NCBI GenBank assembly: GCA_965249885.1
Contig: OZ252254.1
Location: forward strand, 252,013 to 316,012
Length of the DNA stretch: 64,000 bases
Direction of reading: 5' to 3'
DNA from: Pedobacter sp.
Lineage (GTDB): Bacteria; Bacteroidota; Bacteroidia; Sphingobacteriales; Sphingobacteriaceae
Each line of letters starts with the position of its first letter. Position 1 is the first letter of the stretch. The notes beneath the pieces were generated by a model. That model saw only the letters and a program-made list of their open reading frames with translations, ran no database searches and was not told the origin of the DNA. Below are positions 35,401 through 45,785 of this stretch, in pieces. Position numbers and translations under genes: made by a program.

Positions 35401-38358
35401 ATGCAAGGTAAAGGTTTTATAAAATTTATGGCGATACTTTTGGGTATTGTCTGTCTGTATTCACTTTCTTTCAACATCATTACTTACAACGTAGAGAAAA
35501 AGGCTAAGGAATTTGCAAAAGGCGATGAAGCTAAAGAAAAAGCATACTTAGACTCGATGGCTACCGAAAAGGTATATCCTCTTTTGGGCCTTACCTATCA
35601 GCAAGTAAAAGGCAAAGAAATCAATTTAGGTCTTGACCTTAAAGGTGGTATGAACGTTACCATGGAAATTTCTTTGGCGGAGTTGACTAAATCATTAGCT
35701 AACAATACTTCTGACGAGAATTTCAATAAAGCCTTGTCAAATGCGCAAACGCAAATGAATGCAGGTGGAAAAGATTTCATCTCATTGTTTGTAAACGAAT
35801 ATGAAAAACTTGTTCCTAATGGAAAGTTGGCTGATTTCTTCGCTAATCAGGATAACTCGGCACAGTTAAAAGCAACTGCAAGCAACTCTGAAGTTAAATC
35901 TTATTTAAGCAAAGAGGCTACTAGCGCCATCGACAGATCTTTCATCATCTTACGTAGTCGTATTGATGGTTTTGGTGTTGTGAGTCCTAACATGCAGAAA
36001 CAAGAAGGTTCTAACAGGATCTTCATCGAGATGCCAGGTATTCAGGATAAAGAACGTGTTCGTAAATTATTACAAGGTTCTGCTGAATTGCAATTTTGGC
36101 AAGTTTACCAATCTCAGGAAGTTTATCCTGTGTTGGATAACATCAATAAAACCCTTGCTTCAACTTTAAAAGATACTGTTGCTAAAGCGGCAGTGACTGA
36201 TACAACTGCTAAAGGCGGTAAATTAGCTGGTTTAACAAAAGGTACTACAGCTAAACCTGCCGACACTTCTAAAGATGCAAAAGCTGCTGAGGCGCAAAAA
36301 AATAATCCTTTATTTGCTGTTTTAGGTTTACCAGTTGGCATGGATGCTAACGGACAACAACAGTTCATCCCTGGTCCGGTAGTTGGTTTTGCACAACAAA
36401 AAGATACGGCTAGAGTAAATGCTTACTTAGCTAAACCAGAAATCAAATCTTTAGTTCCTACTACCATGAGGTTCATGTGGGGATTAAAACCTAGAGCTGG
36501 TTCAAAAACTTTCGAACTTTATGCTATTAAAGTTACTTCATTGGATGGCCGCCCTGATTTAAGCGGTGATGCTGTAGCTAACGCTCGTGCAGGTTTCGAT
36601 CAAAAGAACAATCCTGATGTGACCATGTTCATGACTAGTGAAGGTGCTGCAAAATGGAAAAAAATGACTGCTGAAGCGTCAGCAGATCCTAATAACAAAA
36701 AAGCAATTGCGATTGTATTAGATAACACGGTTTACTCAGCCCCTACTGTACAAAACGAAATTCCTAACGGTGTTTCTTCAATCACTGGTAGCTTCACTGC
36801 TGAAGACACTAAAGATTTAGCGAACGTATTGAAAGCTGGTAAATTACCTGCTCCTGCTAAAATCGTTTCGGATTTCGTTGTAGGTCCTTCATTGGGTCAA
36901 CAAGCTATTGACAGCGGTTTGTTATCTTTCGTATTAGCGTTCGTAGTAATTCTTGCTTTCATGGCATTTTACTACAATAAAGCTGGTTGGGTGGCCAACA
37001 TTGCTTTGTTGATCAACGTATTCTTTATCATGGGCGTTTTAGCTGCATTTGGTGCAGTATTAACACTTCCTGGTATCGCAGGTATCGTATTAACCATCGG
37101 TTTATCGGTTGACGCCAACATCCTAATTTTTGAACGTGTACGTGAAGAGTTAGCGTTAGGCAAATCAACTAACGTGGCAATCAGAGAAGGTTTCAAACAT
37201 GCGATGTCTTCTATCTTAGACTCTAACATTACTGTATTCATCTTAGGTATTATACTATTCGTATTCGGTTCTGGACCAGTACAAGGTTTTGCTACTACCT
37301 TATGTGTGGGTATCGTTACTTCACTATTCGCAGCGGTATTAATTTCTCGTTTGATTTTCGAATCAATGATGGAGAAAAAATCGAATATCACTTTCGATAA
37401 TAGCATGACTAGAAACGCATTCAAAAACTTAGCTTTCAACTTTGTTGGTCGCAGAAAGTTATATTATGTGATTTCAAGTGTAATTATCATCGCTGGTATC
37501 GGCATGTACTTTAAAAACGGCGGTTTACACTTAGGTGTTGACTTCAAGGGTGGTAGAACTTACATGGTGAAGTTCGACAAGCAAATGAACACTGAAGATG
37601 TTGCTAAAACCCTTTCAACCAATTTTGAAGGCGAAGAGGCTTTGGTAAAAACCATCGGAACTGATAACTCATTAAAAATCACTACACCTTACCATATCAA
37701 TGATCAAGCGGCTGATGCTGATAAAGTAGTAGAATCTGCTTTACGTAAAGGCTTAGATGGGATGGGTGCAAAATATACCATTGAAAGTTCACAAAAAGTA
37801 ACACCAACTATAGCAAGCGATATCATTACTAGCGCAGTTTACGCGGTATTGTTCTCTTGTTTAGTGATGTTTATTTACATCTTGGTACGTTTCAAAAAAT
37901 GGCAATATGGTTTAGGTGCGGTAATCGCATTATTCCACGATGTGCTTTTAGTACTTTCTTTCTACACCATTTTAGATGGCGTGCTTCCTTTCCCTCTAGA
38001 GATTGGTCAAGATTTTATCGCGGCAATTTTAACGGTAATGGGTTACACCATGACGGAAACAGTAATCGTATTCGACCGTATCCGTGAGCGTTTAGCACAC
38101 ACTGGTAAAGATGATGCTTATGGCGAAGAACGCAACAAGTTAATCAACTTTGCATTGAACAGTACGTTAAGCCGTACCATCTTAACTTCATTATCGGTAT
38201 TCTTCGTATTGATCGTGATCTTTATTTTCGGTGGCGATAGCATTCGTGGTTTCATCTTCGCATTACTAATTGGCCGTATCATTGGTACTTATTCATCATT
38301 ATGTATCTCTACGCCAATCGTAATCGACTTATCAAACGACGATAAGGCTACTAAGTAG
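35401..38358 (+). CDS. secDF: Protein translocase subunit SecDF (fused)
   Basis: LGLDLKGG, AIVLD..VYSAP, VDANILIFER, GVDFKGG, VIVFDRIRE. Confidence 0.97.
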   Translation: MQGKGFIKFMAILLGIVCLYSLSFNIITYNVEKKAKEFAKGDEAKEKAYLDSMATEKVYPLLGLTYQQVKGKEINLGLDLKGGMNVTMEISLAELTKSLANNTSDENFNKALSNAQTQMNAGGKDFISLFVNEYEKLVPNGKLADFFANQDNSAQLKATASNSEVKSYLSKEATSAIDRSFIILRSRIDGFGVVSPNMQKQEGSNRIFIEMPGIQDKERVRKLLQGSAELQFWQVYQSQEVYPVLDNINKTLASTLKDTVAKAAVTDTTAKGGKLAGLTKGTTAKPADTSKDAKAAEAQKNNPLFAVLGLPVGMDANGQQQFIPGPVVGFAQQKDTARVNAYLAKPEIKSLVPTTMRFMWGLKPRAGSKTFELYAIKVTSLDGRPDLSGDAVANARAGFDQKNNPDVTMFMTSEGAAKWKKMTAEASADPNNKKAIAIVLDNTVYSAPTVQNEIPNGVSSITGSFTAEDTKDLANVLKAGKLPAPAKIVSDFVVGPSLGQQAIDSGLLSFVLAFVVILAFMAFYYNKAGWVANIALLINVFFIMGVLAAFGAVLTLPGIAGIVLTIGLSVDANILIFERVREELALGKSTNVAIREGFKHAMSSILDSNITVFILGIILFVFGSGPVQGFATTLCVGIVTSLFAAVLISRLIFESMMEKKSNITFDNSMTRNAFKNLAFNFVGRRKLYYVISSVIIIAGIGMYFKNGGLHLGVDFKGGRTYMVKFDKQMNTEDVAKTLSTNFEGEEALVKTIGTDNSLKITTPYHINDQAADADKVVESALRKGLDGMGAKYTIESSQKVTPTIASDIITSAVYAVLFSCLVMFIYILVRFKKWQYGLGAVIALFHDVLLVLSFYTILDGVLPFPLEIGQDFIAAILTVMGYTMTETVIVFDRIRERLAHTGKDDAYGEERNKLINFALNSTLSRTILTSLSVFFVLIVIFIFGGDSIRGFIFALLIGRIIGTYSSLCISTPIVIDLSNDDKATK

Positions 38359-38382
38359 AACTTAAAAACCAAATTATAAATC

Positions 38383-38418
38383 AACAGGTCCCGGAGTTAT
38401 TCGGGACCTTTGTTTTTT
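38383..38418 (+). terminator. Intrinsic terminator
   Basis: aggtcccgga-gtta-ttcgggacct followed by a T-rich tail. Confidence 0.8.
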
Positions 38419-38546
38419 ATACGCATTTATAAAACCAAACAGATTACAATTAAATAACGCAACTAAAACGAAACAACTAAATATCCAACAAAGCAATTCA
38501 CTATATTTACCGCAAACCAAATGGGCCTTTACTTAGTTTATTTACT

Positions 38547-39851
38547 ATGGAAAAGAGAAAGAAAATTGTAATTATTGGTGGCGGTTTTGGCGGCATTGAG
38601 CTGGCAAAAAAGCTGAAACATCAAAATGTTGACATTGTTATTCTTGACAAACATAATTACCACACTTTTCAGCCACTACTCTACCAAGTAGCAACAGGCG
38701 GATTAGAAGCTGACTCCATTGCTTTTCCTATCCGAAAGATTTTCAAAGGTCAAAAAAACCTTAAGTTTAGAGTAACGGAAGTGAAAAAAGTTATTCCCGA
38801 ACTTAACCGTTTAGAAACTACTATTGGCGAATGCGAGTACGATTATCTGGTAATCGCTACCGGATCAACTAGTAACTTTTTTGGCCAAACGGAGATTTCT
38901 CAAAATGCCATGCCGATGAAATCTATTCCGGAGGCGCTTAACTTAAGGAGCTTAATTCTGCAAAACTTAGAAGCTGCCATTATTGCGAAAGATCCCGTTA
39001 AGGAAAACGAACTGTTAAACTTCGTTGTAGTTGGTGGCGGGCCAACCGGTGTAGAAACCGCTGGAGCCATTGCAGAATTGAAAAAGCATGTGCTTAAAAA
39101 TGATTATCCAGAATTAGATTTAAATAAAGTAAATATCTATCTTATTGAAGGTTCACCAGAGCTACTTGGCGCCATGTCGGTACAGGCACAACAAAAATCA
39201 AAACAGTTTTTGGAAGAGCTTGGCGTAACCGTTTACACCGAAACCAGAGTACAAGGATATGATGGGCAAACACTTTCGTTGGTTGACGGCAGAAAAATTG
39301 GCTCAGCAACTGTAATTTGGAGTGCAGGTGTAAAAGGCGTTGTACTCGATGGCTTAAGCACCGAATCGGTAGTTCGCGGCAATAGATTAAAGGTGAACGA
39401 AATCAACTTGGTGGAAGGTTACCAAAACGTTTTTGCCATTGGCGATGTAGCGGCGATGATCACTCCAGAAACTCCAAATGGTCACCCCGGAGTTGCACCA
39501 GCGGCCATTCAGCAAGGCAAACATCTGGCAAAAAATATCATTAACCTCATTGAAAATAAACCAACCACAGCTTTTAAATATTTCGATAAAGGTGCTATGG
39601 CTACTGTTGGAAGAAACAGGGCGGTAGTTGATATCAATAAAATAAGATTTCAAGGAATATTTGCTTGGTTTACGTGGATGTTTGTACATTTAATGACTTT
39701 AGTAGGCTTCAGAAATAAATTAGTGGTTTTTGTAAATTGGGTTTGGAGCTACTTTAGTTACGACAGAGGTACACGTTTAATCATCAGAACCTTTAAACCT
39801 TATAAAGAATACAAGCGAATACATGACCCAGAAACAGCTTCAAGCGAATAA
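38547..39851 (+). CDS. ndh: Type II NADH dehydrogenase (NAD(P)/FAD-dependent oxidoreductase)
   Basis: Two GxGxxG folds (IGGGFGG, VGGGPTGVE), FQPLLYQVATG, VFAIGDVA. Confidence 0.92.
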   Translation: MEKRKKIVIIGGGFGGIELAKKLKHQNVDIVILDKHNYHTFQPLLYQVATGGLEADSIAFPIRKIFKGQKNLKFRVTEVKKVIPELNRLETTIGECEYDYLVIATGSTSNFFGQTEISQNAMPMKSIPEALNLRSLILQNLEAAIIAKDPVKENELLNFVVVGGGPTGVETAGAIAELKKHVLKNDYPELDLNKVNIYLIEGSPELLGAMSVQAQQKSKQFLEELGVTVYTETRVQGYDGQTLSLVDGRKIGSATVIWSAGVKGVVLDGLSTESVVRGNRLKVNEINLVEGYQNVFAIGDVAAMITPETPNGHPGVAPAAIQQGKHLAKNIINLIENKPTTAFKYFDKGAMATVGRNRAVVDINKIRFQGIFAWFTWMFVHLMTLVGFRNKLVVFVNWVWSYFSYDRGTRLIIRTFKPYKEYKRIHDPETASSE

Positions 39852-40272
39852 AACCATTGCCCTTGTGGCGCATGATCACAGGAAAGATGACTTAATTAAG
39901 TGGGCTACAATTAATCGAGAAGCACTGAGTTCTCACAACTTAGTAGCAACGGGAACCACTGGTAGACTTCTGGAAGAAAACTTACAGCTCCCAGTTAAAA
40001 AATTGTTGAGCGGCCCGCTTGGTGGCGACCAACAAATTGGTGCCTTGATAGCTCAGAGCGAAATTGATGTACTCATTTTCTTTTGGGATCCGATGGAAGC
40101 ACAACCGCATGATCCTGATGTAAAGGCGCTATTGCGTGTTGGCATTGTTTGGAATATCCCTATGGCTTGCGACGTAGCTACTGCCGATTTCTTGATATCA
40201 TCTCCTTACATGAAAGGCACTTATACCGCAGCGCTTACCGATTATGATGAATACAAAAACAGAAAAGTCTAA
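39823..40272 (+). CDS. mgsA: Methylglyoxal synthase
   Basis: IALVAHD, ATGTTG, SGPLGGDQQIGA, QPHDPDVKALLR. Confidence 0.97.
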   Translation: MTQKQLQANKTIALVAHDHRKDDLIKWATINREALSSHNLVATGTTGRLLEENLQLPVKKLLSGPLGGDQQIGALIAQSEIDVLIFFWDPMEAQPHDPDVKALLRVGIVWNIPMACDVATADFLISSPYMKGTYTAALTDYDEYKNRKV

Positions 40273-41125
40273 CCCTGTCAAATTGATTGAATGCCCTCGT
40301 GACGCCATGCAGGGCTTGCATGATTTTGTGCCAACCGAGTTAAAGGTTGCCTACCTCAATCTGTTACTTCAAGTAGGTTTTGATACTTTGGATTTCGGAA
40401 GTTTTGTGTCACCGAAAGCGATACCTCAAATGAGAGATACAGAAGAGGTTTTAGCTCAGCTAGACTTGAGCAATAAAACTAAATTATTATCCATAGTAGC
40501 GAACTTAAAAGGGGTTGAAAATGCAGTTAAACATACAGAAATTAGCTACTTAGGATTTCCTTTTTCCATATCCGAAACCTTTCAAAAGCGCAATACCAAT
40601 TCGAGTATCGCACAGTCATTGGTAACTGTTGAGCAAATGCTCGAAATTTGCGATAAGAATCAAAAGGAAGCCGTTATTTACCTTTCTATGGGTTTTGGTA
40701 ATCCATACGGAGATGAGTGGAATACGGATATCATTTCCCACTGGACTGAAGAATTAGTTAAAAGAGGAACAAAAATTATAGCTGTTGCTGATACAGTTGG
40801 TGTATCCACTCCCGAAAAAATCAAAGCAATCCTCCCTCCCCTAGTCAACGAATTTCCAGACATTGAATTTGGTTTACACTTACACAGCACGCCACAGCAA
40901 CGTTTAGAAAAAATCGCGGCAGCGTTTGAGGCAGGTTGTACTCGTATGGATAGTGCTTTAAGGGGTTACGGTGGTTGCCCCATGGCTGCAGATGATTTAA
41001 CAGGCAACATTGCAACGGAAGATGTGATCGACTACCTCGCTACACAAGGCTTAACTCCTCACTTAAATATGGAGAAATGGCAGGAAGCGATGTTATTTTC
41101 AACGCATATTTTTAATGGAAGTTAA
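40244..41125 (+). CDS. Hydroxymethylglutaryl-CoA lyase
   Basis: ECPRDAMQG, DFGSFVSPKAIPQM, GLHLH, GYGGCP, GNIATE. Confidence 0.9.
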   Translation: MMNTKTEKSNPVKLIECPRDAMQGLHDFVPTELKVAYLNLLLQVGFDTLDFGSFVSPKAIPQMRDTEEVLAQLDLSNKTKLLSIVANLKGVENAVKHTEISYLGFPFSISETFQKRNTNSSIAQSLVTVEQMLEICDKNQKEAVIYLSMGFGNPYGDEWNTDIISHWTEELVKRGTKIIAVADTVGVSTPEKIKAILPPLVNEFPDIEFGLHLHSTPQQRLEKIAAAFEAGCTRMDSALRGYGGCPMAADDLTGNIATEDVIDYLATQGLTPHLNMEKWQEAMLFSTHIFNGS

Positions 41126-41681
41126 TTCCTTTCAAAGCCCTGTTCAAACTTCTTAACGTAATGCCCAAATATGCAGCCATGTCTTCTTTACTGAGTTGTA
41201 GTTGCTGTTTTTCTCGTAGTTCCAATAGTTTCGCCAAACCATGTTCAACGGTATAAAGTTGCTGAAATGAAGCCCTGCTAGAGGTATTCACCATGCGTTC
41301 GGCCAACTCCTTCAACAGCAACCTATTTAGTCGCATATCTTTATCCATCAAATCGTTAAACAGTTTAATGGATATGCTATAAACTTCTAGCGTGGTCACC
41401 GCAGCTACATTGCATAAACATGGCATTTCTCTAATCGCTTCTATCTCGCCTAATATTTCACCATTTCCCAAAAATTCCAAGATATAATCTTTCCCATTTT
41501 CTTCGGAGAAAAAACATTTCGCTATGCCTTCCTTGATGATAAAAATTTGATGTATGCGTTCACCTTGTGTTAAAAGTTGGGTATCAGCGGCCAACTGCTG
41601 CACTTTGATATAAGACTTGTAGGTATCATTCTGATACAACTCTTCAATATAAGATAGAAACTCGTGGTTGGTTCTTAACAT
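41112..41681 (-). CDS. Crp/Fnr family transcriptional regulator
   Basis: cNMP-binding-like domain (GEILGEIE) and C-terminal HTH LSKEDMAAYLGITLRSLNR. Confidence 0.9.
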   Translation of the reverse strand: MLRTNHEFLSYIEELYQNDTYKSYIKVQQLAADTQLLTQGERIHQIFIIKEGIAKCFFSEENGKDYILEFLGNGEILGEIEAIREMPCLCNVAAVTTLEVYSISIKLFNDLMDKDMRLNRLLLKELAERMVNTSSRASFQQLYTVEHGLAKLLELREKQQLQLSKEDMAAYLGITLRSLNRALKGINFH

Positions 41682-41687
41682 TGCCTT

Positions 41688-41701
41688 AGGACATTTGTCC
41701 T
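41688..41701. promoter_or_regulatory. Putative operator palindrome AGGACA-TT-TGTCCT
   Basis: Perfect 6-2-6 palindrome between the divergent crp/fnr and HAD genes. Confidence 0.5.
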
Positions 41702-41751
41702 TTTATACTTCTAAAATTTAAGCCACTTTTGCAGCACCACAAAGATAAACG

Positions 41752-42438
41752 ATGAAAAATCAAATCAAAACGATAGCATTTGATGCCGACGATACCCTTT
41801 GGAAAAACGAGGAATATTTTAGGGAGGCAGAACAGAAATTTAGCGAACTTATAGCTAATATAAGTGCTAACGATGTGACCCGACTGCTATTTGAAATTGA
41901 GATGAAAAACCTACCGATGTATGGTTACGGCATCAAAGGTTTCATGCTTTGTATGATAGAAACATTGCATCAACTTTATCCAGAAAACCTCAGTAGTAAG
42001 TTAATTGACGAAGCTTTTAAAATAGGTCATGAGCTGCTTCAAAAGCCAGTAATTTTGCTGGACGGCATTGAAGAAACGCTTTCGCACCTGTTCGGCAAAT
42101 ACCGATTGGTGATGGCCACCAAAGGTGATTTATTAGATCAGGAAAGGAAATTGGAAAAATCTGGATTGGCAAAGTATTTCCATCATATCGAAATCATGAG
42201 CGATAAAAAGCCAGCAAACTATCAGAAACTGATCAAACACTTGGATTGTAAACCTGAAAATTTCCTAATGGTTGGCAACTCGTTAAAATCAGATATTTTG
42301 CCTGTGCTTGCCATTAATGGCTTTGCCGTGGAAGTGCCTTACCATACCACCTGGCAACATGAAATACACGATGAACCTATTGACCATCCAAATTTTTATT
42401 CCGTAAACAGTATGGATCAAATCATCAATTTGTTATAA
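41752..42438 (+). CDS. HAD family hydrolase
   Basis: FDADDTLW motif I, ATKGD motif II, MVGNSLKSDI motif IV. Confidence 0.92.
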   Translation: MKNQIKTIAFDADDTLWKNEEYFREAEQKFSELIANISANDVTRLLFEIEMKNLPMYGYGIKGFMLCMIETLHQLYPENLSSKLIDEAFKIGHELLQKPVILLDGIEETLSHLFGKYRLVMATKGDLLDQERKLEKSGLAKYFHHIEIMSDKKPANYQKLIKHLDCKPENFLMVGNSLKSDILPVLAINGFAVEVPYHTTWQHEIHDEPIDHPNFYSVNSMDQIINLL

Positions 42439-42531
42439 AAGTTACCGATTTCTGGATTACACGTTTAGATTCCTTGATATATCAAACATCACATTATCAG
42501 TCTGTACAGCTATAATTAACACCTAAGTAAA

Positions 42532-43152
42532 ATGAAAAAAATCAATATAGATACCTGGAAGCGTAAAGATCATTTCCGTTTTTTTAGTCAGTTTGAAGAG
42601 CCCTTTTTTGGCGTTGTGGTAAACATTGATTGTACCACGGCTTACGCTAAAGCGAAAAAATTGGACCAATCATTTTTTTTGTATTACCTGTACAGAGCTA
42701 TGAAGGCTGCTAACCAAATAGAGGAGTTTCGCTACCGAATTGAAGGAGAAGATATTGTTATTCACGATCAAATTAACGTTTCTACCACTATCAATAGAAA
42801 AGATGACACTTTTGGTTTTGCCTACTTTGATTACCATACTAACGAAGAAACCTTCATTGCTAATGCAAAAAAGGCCATAGAGGAAGTTCAACAAACAGAA
42901 GGCTTAAAACTTGCACAGCCTGGCTCCTGCGACATGCACTTTTCCGCTATTCCATGGGTTAATTTTACTTCCTTATCACACGCTCGTAGCTTCAGCTTTC
43001 CTGACAGCTCCCCTAAAATATCAGTTGGCAAAATGATAGAGAAAGATGGCACTCAGCAGTTTGCTGTTTCAATACATATCCATCACGGCCTTGCGGATGG
43101 TTTACATGTGGGTAAATTTGTTTCGTTATTTCAAGAACTAATGAACCAATAA
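42532..43152 (+). CDS. cat: Chloramphenicol acetyltransferase (CatA-like)
   Basis: W.RKDHF.FF, SAIPWVNFTS, catalytic HHGLADGLH. Confidence 0.85.
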   Translation: MKKINIDTWKRKDHFRFFSQFEEPFFGVVVNIDCTTAYAKAKKLDQSFFLYYLYRAMKAANQIEEFRYRIEGEDIVIHDQINVSTTINRKDDTFGFAYFDYHTNEETFIANAKKAIEEVQQTEGLKLAQPGSCDMHFSAIPWVNFTSLSHARSFSFPDSSPKISVGKMIEKDGTQQFAVSIHIHHGLADGLHVGKFVSLFQELMNQ

Positions 43153-43179
43153 ATACTTTGTCAGCAATTTGAAATATTA

Positions 43180-43198
43180 ATTGCAACATAATTGCAAT
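43180..43198. promoter_or_regulatory. Putative operator palindrome ATTGCAA-N5-TTGCAAT
   Basis: Perfect 7-5-7 palindrome about 50 nt upstream of the oxidoreductase ATG. Confidence 0.4.
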
Positions 43199-43249
43199 AA
43201 CAAAACTATGCTTAAATTCGTTTAGTTAATAACCGAAAAAGATATTGTT

Positions 43250-44173
43250 ATGCAAAAAGAATACGATGTGATTATTATTGGAGGCAGTTATGCCGGACTT
43301 TCAGCCGCTTTATCCTTAGCTAGGGCGCTAAAAAACGTATTAGTTATTGATGGAGGGAAGCCTTGTAATTGGCAAACACCGCACTCTCACAATTTCCTTA
43401 CACAGGATGGTCAAAGTCCGAAAGCTATTAGCGATTTAGCGAAATCACAAGTGTTAGCATATGAAAATGTGACATTGTTGGAGGATTTTGCCATTAGTGG
43501 ACAACAAACTGCTAATGGATTTGAAATAATAACGGAAAACGACAAAGTATTTCATGCACAAAAATTGATTTTCGCCAATGGAATTAAAGATCAATTTCCA
43601 GATATCGTAGGTTTTAGCGAATGCTGGGGCATCAGCGTAATCCACTGCCCATATTGCCATGGCTACGAAGTACGCAATCAAAAAACAGGTTTGCTTGGCA
43701 ATGGAGAAGATGCTTTTGAGTTTGCGAAATTGCTTTGGAACTGGACCAAAGAGCTCACTTTGTTTACTAACGGCAAATGTGCTTTAAACGAAGATCAAAA
43801 GCAGTCGCTAGCTGATAAGGAAATCCAAATTAATGAACAAGAAATCGTAGAAATTGTGCACGATAAAGGTAAAATAAAGCATTTAGTGTTTTCCGATGGC
43901 AGTACCGAAAAATTGAACGCCGTATATGCCAGGATCAAATTTGAGCAACACTGTGGCATTCCTCAACAATTGGGTTGTGAATTTACTGAAGCAGGATTAA
44001 TCGCATCAGACCATTTTCAAAAAACTACTGTTGAGGGCGTTTACGCCTGCGGCGATAATACCAGTATGATGCGGTCGGTAGCCAATGCTGTATACAGTGG
44101 AAACATGGCAGGTGCAGCAGTAAGTAAAGAATTAATTGCTGCCGAAATCAAAAAAGAAGCACTACAAGATTAA
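43250..44173 (+). CDS. Thioredoxin reductase-like NAD(P)/FAD-dependent oxidoreductase
   Basis: IIGGSYAGLSAA, HCPYCHGYE (CxxC), VYACGD. Confidence 0.9.
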   Translation: MQKEYDVIIIGGSYAGLSAALSLARALKNVLVIDGGKPCNWQTPHSHNFLTQDGQSPKAISDLAKSQVLAYENVTLLEDFAISGQQTANGFEIITENDKVFHAQKLIFANGIKDQFPDIVGFSECWGISVIHCPYCHGYEVRNQKTGLLGNGEDAFEFAKLLWNWTKELTLFTNGKCALNEDQKQSLADKEIQINEQEIVEIVHDKGKIKHLVFSDGSTEKLNAVYARIKFEQHCGIPQQLGCEFTEAGLIASDHFQKTTVEGVYACGDNTSMMRSVANAVYSGNMAGAAVSKELIAAEIKKEALQD

Positions 44174-44199
44174 GTGAGAGAGTTGGCTCAACTTATGTT

Positions 44200-44682
44200 T
44201 TAATCTTCTTTTTCGGCATCTTTCATTAACCTGTAAACGCCTTTTAACTTACGTTGATGATTTTCCTTAGCAACATCTATAGAGTGCGAACAGTGAATAT
44301 CTGTTTCTTCGTCGGCCATTTTTGCAAGCAGCGCATAAAATTTGTGAAACTGATCCAACTCCTCCTCGGTTAAGTCTTCAATATCAACCATGCGGTTACT
44401 GGCCTTATCGTGTGACGCAATAAGCTCGTTTAATTTTAACTGAATAGCCTTGCTGTCTTTATTTTGAGATTTCTGTATCAAAAAAACCATCAAAAAGGTA
44501 ATAATTGTTGTACCTGTATTAATCACCAGCTGCCATGTTTCCGAGTAATTAAACAGTGGCCCGGTAACCGCCCAAATCAATACAATCGTTACTGCGATAA
44601 TAAAGGCCGGTGAGCTTCCGGTAAATTTAGTGGCAGCATTGGAGAAACGCTCAAAAAAGCCAACTTTTTTTCTTTCACTCAT
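44200..44682 (-). CDS. Low-affinity iron permease (Fet4-like) family protein
   Basis: WAVTGP.F.YSETWQLVINTGTTIITFLMVFLIQ.SQN.D..AIQLKLNELI signature. Confidence 0.9.
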   Translation of the reverse strand: MSERKKVGFFERFSNAATKFTGSSPAFIIAVTIVLIWAVTGPLFNYSETWQLVINTGTTIITFLMVFLIQKSQNKDSKAIQLKLNELIASHDKASNRMVDIEDLTEEELDQFHKFYALLAKMADEETDIHCSHSIDVAKENHQRKLKGVYRLMKDAEKED

Positions 44683-44746
44683 AATATTTTTTAATACAAA
44701 TATTTAAAAATTATTTGTCAATAAATTAAAAAACTACCAAACATCA

Positions 44747-45640
44747 TCAAAATCGGCGCCTTTTTACAAGTACATCAATAACCGTTAGTTCTTTCATTGT
44801 ATTAATCGTATGTGTTGCTAGCAAACCTCGTTCCCAATTCGGAGGAAGGTGCTGGATCAGTTCTTCAACATATTCCTCTTCATTCAAAGTGACAATCTTA
44901 TTGATTACCAATGCCCAGCCGTAACGCTTGCTACAATCCTGTGATGGTCTATACAAAACCCCATCTCTTTCAAAAATATTACCCGCTGGACGGGCGCTGC
45001 CTACGTCAACCAGTACAGGGTTTGCCGCATGAGCCATCCATTTATCAGAAAGAATATCATCGCAATAAAAAATATGAAGGTCTGCGTTTCTCTTTTCGCT
45101 CTCTTGCGATTCTATTAACGTAAACATCCAATACTTAGCGTTATGGTATATTATTGTCGTATCAGCGGCATTTACGTTATGCATTAAAGTACTTTGGTAG
45201 CTCCACTTAAATGGAAAATCTTCGCACCAATATAGTTCAATAGTTCTATTGCTCGTACTTTCTGGGATCATATAATATGAGCCTGCACACTCAAATATAA
45301 AAGGATAAGATAAGTGATATGACTGCTCTATAATCTTATGACTAACCTGTTTTTGACTATTTTGATCAAACTCAATCACGGCGATATACCCTTTTCCATC
45401 TCTGTATTCAAGCTCTTCGATAAAGAAATAAAGTTTATCCTCTTTTGCTACAACGAATGGATCTGCCCAAAATCTATCTCTAGGAGGAATGATTTTATGA
45501 TAGCTTTTAAAATCAGTATCAATTACATTAGATACATTATCTACAAAGCGATATCTCAGTTGCCATTGTTCAATAAACACTAGCTCGTAGATATTTTTTT
45601 TTACGTTAGTTAAAATGCTTTTGAAGGCAGACAGCATCAA
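44747..45640 (-). CDS. Five-bladed beta-propeller glycoside hydrolase-like protein (GINT1 N-terminal-like)
   Basis: FWADPF, YFFIEE, HLSYPFIF, YMIPES, ADTTI, ARPAG, RPSQDC...YG repeats. Confidence 0.7.
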   Translation of the reverse strand: MMLSAFKSILTNVKKNIYELVFIEQWQLRYRFVDNVSNVIDTDFKSYHKIIPPRDRFWADPFVVAKEDKLYFFIEELEYRDGKGYIAVIEFDQNSQKQVSHKIIEQSYHLSYPFIFECAGSYYMIPESTSNRTIELYWCEDFPFKWSYQSTLMHNVNAADTTIIYHNAKYWMFTLIESQESEKRNADLHIFYCDDILSDKWMAHAANPVLVDVGSARPAGNIFERDGVLYRPSQDCSKRYGWALVINKIVTLNEEEYVEELIQHLPPNWERGLLATHTINTMKELTVIDVLVKRRRF

Positions 45641-45785
45641 TACAAATTCAATTTAATAAAACCCTGAGCGAAATGAGCAAAGCATTAAGCTATAAATTTC
45701 ACAGTATGCCAATGCTTAGTTGCTTTTCACTTTCCTAAGATAAACTAAATTGGCAATAATAATAATGAACCAAATATAAACTCAT

